This document shows positions 8,616-17,385 of a DNA stretch of 20,000 nucleotides, one piece after another. The notes beneath the pieces are model-generated. The model did no database searches. It was not told the DNA's origin and saw nothing but the letters and a program-made list of their open reading frames with translations. The first letter of the stretch is position 1. Each line of letters opens with the position of its first letter. The stretch lies in contig ML996692.1 of NCBI GenBank assembly GCA_010356995.1, forward strand, positions 238,362 to 258,361, written 5' to 3'. This DNA is from Trichodelitschia bisporula (lineage: Eukaryota). Made by a program: the position numbers and the translations under genes.

Positions 8616-11600
8616 CTCCGTCCCCGGCGTGCACGGCATCGATCCCATTCTCGGTCCCGCCGCTGTTTCGGCGCCAACATTCCCCCGCCCCGGCGACTTC
8701 CCAGCCAGCCTCGAGGCAGCCAGGGCGTCTTTGAATGGTTAGGATCTTTTGCCGCGCCGCCGGTCTCCCCCGATCGTCCCTCAACGAGCATTTCTACGTT
8801 TCCATTCACGCTCCGGCCCGTCCTCGCCATCCCACAGCAGCTTGGGATGTCCGGTCCGGATAGCCCACGCTCGTAATGATTCCCTCGCCCCGGCAGCGTC
8901 ACAGCCCGCCCAGGGCTAGCCAGGATCCTCATCCACAAAAGGCATCTTTTGCTGCGGTGACGGTCAGGTGACAATCTCCCCCACTTAATTCCGCTGCCGC
9001 GCGGGCGGTTCCTCGGCATTTGGTGAGGCAGGGCTAATCTCTGGTCTGGGGCTCGACTCTGGACTGCTATTTCCCCGGCGAGCCGGCGGGGGCGGCTCAT
9101 CGTAGGCCAGTCAGGGGTCCAAAACCGTCCGCATAATCTTTTGCTGCGGCGGCGGTCGGGCCATCCTTACCACCATTCAATTCCGCTGCCGCGGCGGCGC
9201 TTCCCACCGCGCGTTGCTCGGCATTCCGTCAGGCAGCGCTCTCTGTGGTCTGGGGCCCGACCTTCAACTGCTATTCCCCCGCCCCGGCCGCGGTCCCGGC
9301 TCATCTCGGGCCAATCAGGCCCCCCATACACATACAGTATCTTTTGTCGCGGTTCGCGGTTCCCAGCCCGCCACTTAGCATCGATAAGATAATGAAGCAC
9401 ACCATGTGCGGTGCGGCGTCCGTCCCTCCGTATTTTGCCGATAGTTTGGATTCCCGGCCCGGCCGGCAACGCCGGCATACTATTCCTCCGCCACGCCCGC
9501 GGCTCTAGGTTATCTCGGACCAGTCAGGGGCGGAACCCACCCCTGAAATCTTTTGCCGCGGCGGCGGTCTCCACCAGTCGTCCCTCGGCATTTTGCCGAG
9601 ACTTTAGATACCCGGCCTGGCGGGCGACTCAAGCATACTATTCCTCCACCGCGCCCGCGGCTCTAGGTCATCGCGAGCTAGTCAGGCGCGCAACCCATCA
9701 TTCACATTTTTTGTCGCGGGAGTCGGTTCCCAGTCCGCCCCTTTACATCGACAAGATTATGAAGCATACATGCCCCGGTCCGACCGCCGTCACCGGCACA
9801 CAGCGCGTGCATTCTCTTCTCGGTGACGCTGCCTTCGCGCTCATTCCCCTGCCGCCGCGCCGGTGGTCCCAGCCCACCTACGGCTCGGCCTGGCGTCACT
9901 TCGACCGCCTCGATTCCGCTGCCACGGGACGGTTCCTACCGACCGTTCCTCGGGCCGCTTCATGAGCGTTGCATTCTCCGTCCTGCCCGTCCTCGGCATC
10001 CCACAGCAGCGTTGGATGCCCAGTCCGGCCTGCCTCCCAAGCACCCCGGCGGCCCAGGCTCCTCAGCCGGTCGGGCGTCCATTCCATCAGCATCATTCCG
10101 CCGCCGCGGCGGCCGTTTCAGTCCGTCTCGGGTTAGTCAGGGCCAGAAGCATCATCACCCATTGTCTTGCTGTGGCTGCGTTCCTAGCCGGTCTCTGGCC
10201 TATCCGGTCTCCGTCTCCCACGTCGAATTCTGCTGCCGGAGTGGCGGTTCCCACGGCCCGTTCTCGGTAAAATTCAAAACTCTGCTATGTCTGGTCGGGC
10301 AGTGTACACTTCGCCCTCATTCTCTCGCCGCGGCGGCGTTTCTGACCCGTCTCAGGGCAGTCGGGCAAGGCTCTAACAAATTCTCCTCCAGCCGCGGCGG
10401 CGTTCCAAGTCCGTCTTCGAGCTAGTTAGGGCGGGCAATCACTAATCCAGAGTAATTCGCCGGCGGCGGCGGCGGCTTCCACGCCGACCTCGGTATCACC
10501 GACACGACATCGGCATACCCTGTCCGGCCCTCTTCGCCTGAACGTGATTCTCCGGCCCCGGCGGGGCTTGCAGCCCGTTTCTGGACCTGTTTAGTTTTTT
10601 TCAACTTTCACTCCATTCCGCCGCCGCCGCCGCGTTCTGGCCCGTCTTTAGGCTAGTCGGCGGCAATCCAATTGTCCACAATTCTGCTGCCGCAGCGGGG
10701 GTCCCCACCGCCTGTCCGTCGGCGGCCCGTTGAACATTGGCACGCCCGGTCCGGTGCTCCACCTTCTACCGCCATGTCCGGTCCGGCCTAGAAGCGGTTA
10801 TAGGTATTCTCCTATCTCGTAGGCGCTTCTAGCCCGTTCCCCGGCTAGTTACGCTCCGATACGCCATCCCCCATTTTCCTGCCGCGCCGGCGGTCCCGAC
10901 CCGTCTCAGGCCAGCCAGGCGTTGCTACCTGCAGCCAAATTCCGCTGCTGCGAGGTAGTTTCCACCGGCCATCCCTCGGCGCCCCATCCGACCTCACCAT
11001 GCTTGGTTCGGCACCCTATCTCCACCCATAATGTCTGGCCTGGGTCCTGTGCCGGCAGCTCAATCGCCTTGCTGCAGCAGAGTTGTCATTCCCCTCGGCC
11101 AGGTCAGGGGCGTTTGACCAAAGAAGTTGTCTTTGGCAATGAGGGCTCCCACTACGCACCCCTCGGAGCTCTATGCTCCAGATCCATGGCCGTCCGGCAC
11201 TCTACAAACCTGCTTCATGACCGGTCCGGCGCCCCGCCTTTTCTTGCTACGTCTGGTTCGGCCTTGGACGGGTTGAAAACACTCTCCTACCGCTACGGCG
11301 TTCCCACCCCATTCGTAGGCCAGTCAGGGACTATATCCGAGTCTGAACATTCTCCGTAGGCGGCGGCGCTCCCACTGCTGATCCCTTGGTACCCCGTACA
11401 ACATCGGCATGCCCGGTCCGGCGTGTTCTTACGAGCTATCAGGCCCCGTTCGGCCTTCCAACCTATTGCCAGTATTCTCCTGCCTCGGCAGAGTCCCCAT
11501 CCTCCCCACGCCCAGTCAGGATCGTCGAAGTCATCAAACATTCTCTGCCGGCGGTCGCGTTTCCTACCGCCCGTTCTCGGCATATGCTACAGCCATGCCC

Positions 11601-13276
11601 TGTCTGGTCCGGGTCCCTCGGTAGGAGCGCCATTTCCCTGCCGAGGTGGCGTTTGCCAAGCTCCTCGCAACCCGGTCAGGTAACCGCACACACCGTTGTG
11701 TTCTCTCCCGGCGGTCGCTTTTCCCACTGCCTAATTCCTCGGCATATGACACGAAATCTTCATCTCCGGTCCGGGGCATGCCGCTTCCGACCCATTTCCC
11801 TGCCGCGGCGATGCTCCCATACGCATCTTCGGGCCGGTCGGGCCCGTAATCATCTGGAAACATTCGCCGCCGGCAGTAGCGCTTCCTACCACCCGTCCCT
11901 CGGCACCTTTCACCACGTCCCCATGCCTGGTCCAGGTTCTCAAATAGCAGCTCAATTGTCCTGCTGCGGCGGCGTTTCCCCCCATCTCGGGCATGTTCGG
12001 CGTGACTCGCCTCCCCCGTATTCCGCTGCCGCGGCGCCGTTGCTACCATTCAGGTGCCCGGTTTTGGGCCAGTCCGGAGTTACTTTTATAAACATCCTTC
12101 TCCTAGCGGCAGCGATCCCACCCGTATTCGGCCCGGTCAGGCGTCTGACTGATACACGGCATTCCGCTGCTGCGGTGGTAGTCCTAGCTCGGCCGCCACC
12201 CGGTCAGGAGAAAGAGGAAGAGCCGGAATTTGGCCGCTGGCGGTAGCGCTCCAAGCCCCTCATCGGGCCAGTCCGGCCGGAAATCATGCGCAAGCTTTCT
12301 TCTGCCGTGACGGCGTCCTCACCCTCCTCAAGGCAGTTTTGCCATGCCCCTCTGTCTGGTCCGGGTACGGATCTGAATTATACATTCCTTTGCCGCGGCG
12401 GGGTTCCTACCCTCTCCGCGCCTAATTCAGGGGTGGTACTCTGAAGGATTTCGGCGGTCCGGTAGCGCTCCCTCACCGCCTATTTTCTGGTGGCGGCGGC
12501 GTGCCCTACTCCCTCGGCCCGGTCAGGGGCTTGCACACGCTGTTCTATTCTCCTGCTGTGGCGAGGTTCCCACGCGTCCTCCGCCAAGTCAGGGACGCTG
12601 GCCTCCCGATCAGTTTCGCTGCCGTGGCGGCGCTCCCAGCCCGCCTCAGCGGCAGTCAGGGCCGGCACGCACGCAACGTCAATGATTCGCCGCCGCCGTC
12701 GGCGTTCCCACGCGTATCCTCGGTGCCTTGGTCCGGTGAGCATCCAAACCGCAACCCATACTCGCCGGCGTGGGCGGCGATTCCCACACTCCCTGCGGCC
12801 GATTTCGGGACCAATTCATGACGACACATTCTCCGCTGGGAGCGGCGCTCCCAGCCCCTCAACTGCCTGATCGGGAGCCCCAACCGGACTCAAAATCCGG
12901 CCACCGGCAGCGGTCTTCCCACTTTCTTCGGCCCGGCTAGGCGGGCCATTCGTGAGGCGTTTTAGGCCGCTGTGAGCGGTGTCCCCACGCACGTCTCCGC
13001 CCCGGCCAGGAAAATCTTTTCCATCTACTATTCTCTGCCGCCGGCGCCCTTTCTTACTCGGTTCTTAGCCGACCAGCAACCAAACCCATGTATTCACCGT
13101 CGGGAGCAGCGGTTCCCAGGCCCGTCCGCGGTCCGGTCAGGAACGGAATCTGTGTGCTTGATTCTCCGCCGGCGGTGGCGTCCCCCACCGTCCATCCTCG
13201 CACCAGTCAGGCTCACCACCTACGAAAGAGAACTGAACGGCGTTCCCACTCTCGCGCGCCCCGGTTCCGGGCATAA

Positions 13277-13415
13277 ATCATTGCCTCCGAACGAGATGAT
13301 TGAAATGATGGCTACAAAGCTTCCACTTCTTGAGGTGCTCTCCATCGGTGGATACAGGCTCACAGATAAAGCGTTGAAGTCCTATCCGTAAAGTCAAGTA
13401 TTTAAGAAGTATTCC
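13277..13415 (+). pseudogene. Fragment of a leucine-rich-repeat (F-box/RNI-like) gene embedded in the array
   Basis: AT-richer non-repeat island translating EMIEMMATKLPLLEVLSIGGYRLTDKALKS and, after a frameshift, PIRKVKYLRSI. Fits the LxxLxxLxLxGxxLTDxxL pattern. Confidence 0.6.
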
Positions 13416-14076
13416 CTGTCACTCACGGTCCTTTTTCCCTTTCGACGGATTCCCCTGCTGCGCCTGTGTCCCCCGGCGCCCGTTTTCGGCCCGGTCAGGA
13501 GAAGTCCAGCCAAGCATATTCGTCGCCGCGAGCGGCGTTTTCCAGTTCGGCTTCGGGCCCGTCCTACACCCTTCACGAATCCTACATTCTCCCCCCGCGG
13601 CCGCATTCCTACCCTCCCCGCGCCCGGTTTTGGGCGTAGCAACCAGAGCGATCATTTGCTGCCGACAGCGGCGTCCGGTACCGCCTGTCCTGGTGTTGGT
13701 CAATGCGTGCGAGAGCGACTGCAATTCTTCCCCAGCAGCGGCGGTTTCCACTTCCCCGCGCCCGGATCTGGGCGGACGAACAACAACTGGCATTTGCGGC
13801 GGTCCGGCCCGAGCGCCTTCCGGACGATTCCTTGGTGGCGGTACCGTCGGCATGCCGCGACGGCTTTTAGGAGAAGGCCTATCTACGATTATTCGTCGGT
13901 CCCGGGCCGGTTCAGTATACTCCATGCCCTGGTCACGACGGCGCTCCCAACTTGTCCTCGGGTCGGTTAAGGTCCACAAACCACAATCCAAATTTGCCGC
14001 CGGCAGTGGCGTTCTCATCTCACATACGTCCGATTTCGGGATTGGAAGACCCGGCCAGATTCGGCGGTCCGGCTGG

Positions 14077-14192
14077 ATGCCTTGTCGAAGCATTCGAGAC
14101 TTTTGCGCATCGAGGGAATCAACTTTCGCAACTGCGAGAGCTGCGACTAGATGTGATAACACAGTTTTCTGACGAGCACATGGAAAGGCTGG
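14077..14192 (+). pseudogene. Second LRR-like gene fragment embedded in the array
   Basis: Non-repeat island translating LVEAFETFAHRGNQLSQLRELRLDVITQFSDEHMERLA (LxxLxxLxL....FSDxxMxxLA). GGCTGG occurs at both junctions (14071-14076, 14187-14192). Confidence 0.55.
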
Positions 14193-14963
14193 CACTGGTG
14201 GTGGCGGCGTTCCCAGCTCGTCCTCGTCCCGGTTATGGTCCCGAACCGCGGCCCGAATTCGCCGCCGGCAGCGGCGCGCTCACTTCACCAGCGCCCGGTT
14301 CCGGGCCGACGTGAGCCTCCAGGCATTTCGGCGGTTCGGCGCCAACGTGTGGTAGAGTTATTCTCTGTTAGCGACGCCATCAGCACGCCGCGACGGCTTT
14401 CGGGAGATCCCCAGTCGTGGATTATTCGTCGGTCTGGGGCAGTACCCAAGTCTATCATCTCTGCCGTCCCTGGTTGTGGCGCCGTGCCCATGCCGCGCAC
14501 CGGCTTTCGGGGATGCATCTACGACGGTCTATTTCGTCGGTTCGGGGCCCTATTCGCGGCCAGCCATGTCCTGGTGGTGCCGGCGCCCCCGGCATACCGA
14601 CGGCTTTCTGGCCTTCTTCGCCACCCTCATATTCCTTGGCCGGGTCCACCGTCCAGCAGGATTATTTTCCGGCGTCGGTGCTGTTCCTATTTCGCGTGCC
14701 GACCGTCCCACGCCGCGCCAGCAGCGCGCTCATCGGCCTGGTCCGGACCCTCCTCAGCCATTTCTCGGTGTCGGTGGTGTTCCTATCCCACCGGCCGGCG
14801 TACTGCCATCGTCCAACTGACTCGGAAATCTTGAAATGCTAATATTTCACGCCTTGCGTGATGCAGCCGATCATACGCCGTCGGCGCGCTCAGTAACCGA
14901 GAACACGCTGAGGAGTTCCCGACCCCTTCAATCTCCGACGACTGTTATCAACTTTCAACCGAG

Positions 14964-15040
14964 ATGCCGTCCGATCTTCGCCTAACGGTGTTCCGGGGTC
15001 ACCCCGGTGAGGATGTCATACAATGGACCACACGCTGTCA
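14964..15040 (+). mobile_element. Possible 5' fragment of a retrotransposon gag-like ORF
   Basis: MPSDLRLTVFRGHPGEDVIQWTTRC resembles the FxGxxxEDVxxW motif at the start of Ty3/gypsy-type capsid proteins; the similarity ends abruptly. Confidence 0.4.
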
Positions 15041-15124
15041 TTCTCTTGTTTTGCCCCTGCACCCTGCACTTACTTCCCAACAACGCCCATTTCCCATCTT
15101 CGGATCAGCGGACCTGCGGGGAAG

Positions 15125-15131
15125 AAAAAAA
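15125..15131 (-). terminator. Pol III oligo-T terminator of tRNA-Asp
   Basis: A7 on the + strand equals T7 on the minus strand, 2 nt downstream of the tRNA discriminator base. Confidence 0.8.
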
Positions 15132-15133
15132 GT

Positions 15134-15205
15134 CTCTCCCGCCGGGAATCGAACCCGGGCCGTCCGCGTGACAAGCGGAAATCATGACCACTAGACTACG
15201 GAAGA
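15134..15205 (-). tRNA. tRNA-Asp (GTC), intronless, 72 nt
   Basis: Minus strand TCTTCCGTAGTCTAGTGGTCATGATTTCCGCTTGTCACGCGGACGGCCCGGGTTCGATTCCCGGCGGGAGAG: acceptor TCTTCCG/CGGGAGA, anticodon arm TCCGC-TTGTCAC-GCGGA, T arm CCGGG-TTCGATT-CCCGG, discriminator G. Confidence 0.97.
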
Positions 15206-15355
15206 TGGGCGAGCTGTGCTCGTCGTAGTGTGGTGACGGGTTGCTCCGGAAGGCTGCTTATATATCAACGATGACGGGACGTATTGCCGGATGCATCGAC
15301 AGCTCACCTTGGATGATCCTAATGGCTCCTCCGCGCACCCCTCACATTTCAGTCA

Positions 15356-15556
15356 CTATTTTCATCTGACGAGCTCGCAATACATTGTGGGCTGTTCACG
15401 GCTACGTCTTCGATATCCGGAAGCACGCGGAATATCATTCGACCTGGTGGTGCCATGGAAGGCTCACCAACCACGCCAAATATCCGGCCGCCCCATTTCA
15501 TGTGCGGCACCACCTTCGGTCCTGGAATATGCGCCAAAATTGTGGCCGAGACGACG
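15356..15556 (+). pseudogene. Degenerate cytochrome b5-like heme-binding domain fragment
   Basis: Across frameshifts: LFSSDELAIH / WAVHGYVFDIRKHAEYH / PGGA ... NCGRD, matching the order of cyt b5 motifs FTxxEVxxH, WxxIHGxVYDxTxFxxxHPGG and AGxD. Confidence 0.55.
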
Positions 15557-15628
15557 AGCCAACCGACGAATTGGGTTGGGTCAGCACCTTCGGGTAACGA
15601 CGTGAGGAGGCGGGGTGCTCCTGTACGG

Positions 15629-15676
15629 GTAAGGCCACTTATATCTCACTCCCTCAAGCCTAACCCGCGTGTCCAG
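15629..15676 (+). other. Orphan intron-like sequence (48 bp)
   Basis: GTAAGG donor, CCTAAC branch site and CAG acceptor, with the same size and spacing as the catalase introns, but no intact flanking ORF. Confidence 0.5.
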
Positions 15677-15914
15677 AAATTGATATCAAGGCTTGCCGGC
15701 CTCTGAAATCATCTGACTTTAATCCTCCTCATGGATTTCTTCCCCGTTGTCCTTCGGGGCGCATCGAATCGCTGATAACGTCTCTCGGGAACTACGGTTC
15801 AGAAAGGCGCACGTCGTTCTCTTCAGAATATTATCGTGAGAAACGCCGTCGACGTATCTCAGCGCCTCTGACTTCGCAAGTTTGGGTCGGAATGTGATGG
15901 AGATATAATCTTTT

Positions 15915-16079
15915 GAGCTCTGGCATCGCAGGATGGGACACCCCGTCATCGAGGTCGTGAAGAAGCTACCGAACGCAGCACATGGCGTTGGCGTTATCCT
16001 TGAGGACGAAGACCAAGCTGAGACGGCTACCGGCAAGTGTGAGACGTGTGTCCTCACGAAAATGACCAGACAGGTCTCC
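15915..16079 (+). mobile_element. Ty1/copia retrotransposon fragment: GAG-pre-integrase HHCC zinc-binding region
   Basis: Translates ELWHRRMGHPVIEVVKKLPNAAHGVGVILEDEDQAETATGKCETCVLTKMTRQVS (LWHxRxGH...CxxC..K). No integrase core, RT or LTR adjoins it. Missed by the ORF track. Confidence 0.85.
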
Positions 16080-16825
16080 TGGGTTCAAATGGATCGCGGC
16101 ACATAATCCGGGCAGCGGGACGAGAGCTTTCATTTGGCTGCCTGGGCGCCCCTTTTGCCACCAAGGCGGTCACCTGGCGCCGCTGTCATCTTGAGATGAT
16201 CTCAGACCTATCGATGCTACCCGTAGTTTCCCAGATAGGCCAACTTCCCCTTTTTTGGGCCGCCGAAGCTTCCATGTCATGTTCCGCTCGAAGGTTGGCG
16301 TCGCACACCTAGTCCGGATCCCCATCAGCGCGACGTATGTGCCCGTCCCGGAGTCAACACTTTGCCTAGCCGCCACGTCGGGTATAACGTACAACCCAAC
16401 TGCGGCGGTCGAGGGCCCCGAGAGGCCGATTATTCGGCCCTGCGCGGGTGACGCCCGGCTCGCCCCAGCCCATCCCCATTCGGCGGACCGTGGTGCATCT
16501 GGAGCGCATCACGCCCAGCATCTTGTTCCTGAATGCTCAGACCAGTCGGATCGAATACCGAACCGGGCCCTCGGATTTGAAAGAAATGGCACTATTTTTT
16601 GGCTGGAAACTCAGGGCGACAATGGCTTGCTCTCGGGGGGCATCGCACGGCTAGCCCGGCGCACGGAGATTTTCAGGCATGTGCCTGCGCGGGCGTCCCA
16701 GACTCGATGATTTGCCCGGCCTCTACGTCCGGTAGGATGTCCAACATGACTGCTGCTCGCGGCAACCCAACGAATCCGAATATGAAGCTGCGCGGGCGGT
16801 GGCCGGCACCACCACCTTCCGTTCC

Positions 16826-17385
16826 ATTCGGGTGCCAGGCACCACAAAGTTCCCCATGATTCGGGCTGCCGGTGCAGCAACCGAACCGATCATTACTGCG
16901 AGAATCGTCCTCCCAAACTCACGCCCCCAATTGCATCTTACGACCTCGCTCCTCTTTTTCGCAAACGCAGTGCCAACCGTCCACCTGCTGGATTATGTCA
17001 CAGGCAACGTCCGCTCCCTCGTCAACGCCATCGAGGCGCTTGGTTGGATGTAACTTCAACTTCTGCATGACGGATATGGGCAACCGGATCTGGACGCCTA
17101 GCTTTCTCGTTAGCTCCGGTTTAAGACCCGCGTGGTCGCCGTCCGCACCACTTTTAGGGAAACGATAGGCCAGGACTTCCTACAGGCCATTCGGTACCAC
17201 AACCCCTCCTTCTACTCGGCGGCCGGCGCAAAAACCGAGCCCACGATTCGGGTGCCCGGCGAAGAAGCCGAGGCCTACATTCGGATGCCGGGCATAGCAC
17301 CTTACCGCGTCATTCGGGTTCCCGGCCAAGCAACCCAGCCAATCATTTCGTCGGCCGTGGGACGTCCGGACCCTATCACACCGGA
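16826..17385 (+). repeat. 33-bp / 11-aa tandem repeat in two blocks (16826-16900 and 17213-17385), probably a decayed coding repeat
   Basis: Unit starts at 16826, 16859, 16892 and 17213, 17246, 17279, 17312, 17345 (exact 33-bp steps): IRVPGTTKFPM, IRAAGAATEPI, YSAAGAKTEPT, IRVPGEEAEAY, IRMPGIAPYRV, IRVPGQATQPI, ISSAVGRPDPI. Confidence 0.8.
16970..17047 (+). pseudogene. HIS7: 5' fragment (~26 codons) of imidazole glycerol phosphate synthase hisHF
   Basis: (V)PTVHLLDYVTGNVRSLVNAIEALGW matches the fungal His7 N-terminus (MPTVHLLDYVAGNIRSLVNAIE..G). The start is GTG instead of ATG, ~65 bp of 5'UTR-like pyrimidine-rich sequence precedes it, and TAA at 17051-17053 truncates it. Confidence 0.85.

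Larger units (their letters stand above)
8680..14800 (+). repeat. Long degenerate GC-rich tandem array, base period ~65-70 bp with ~90 bp variant units and higher-order blocks
   Basis: Recurrent core approximately ATTCYCCTGCCGCGGCGGCGTTCCCACCCGTCYTCGGCCCGGTCAGG followed by ~20 variable bases. Approximate core starts: 12094, 12161, 12228, 12482, 12547, 12614, 12685, 12760, 12828, 12894, 12960, 13030, 13092, 13161, 13450, 13518, 13586, 13654, 13724. No long continuous ORF. Confidence 0.85.

Noticed and set aside
11055..11200. RLTKEVVFGNEGSHYAP as another captured gene fragment
   Set aside because: The DNA fits two degenerate array units (…cctcggccaggtcagg; …gggctcccactacgcacccctcgg), so the peptide is probably incidental.
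8680..14340. Bona fide CRISPR array
   Set aside because: Eukaryotic context, no cas genes, cores far from identical, and blocks of units are duplicated together with their linkers.
8680..14340. Array as a micro-exon gene with repeated introns (GTCAG = CTGAC branch site on the minus strand)
   Set aside because: I could not find consistently positioned GT donors and AG acceptors per unit on either strand.
7918..14842. The many 60-290 aa ORFs over the array as real genes
   Set aside because: They overlap in all six frames, are Pro/Arg/Ala/Gly-rich as expected from GC-rich repeats, shift frame between units and have no recognisable domains.
15860..15915. Minus-strand KDYISITFRPKLAK as a topoisomerase II fragment
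   Set aside because: The resemblance to DYTxITFxPDLAK is too short and does not continue on either side.
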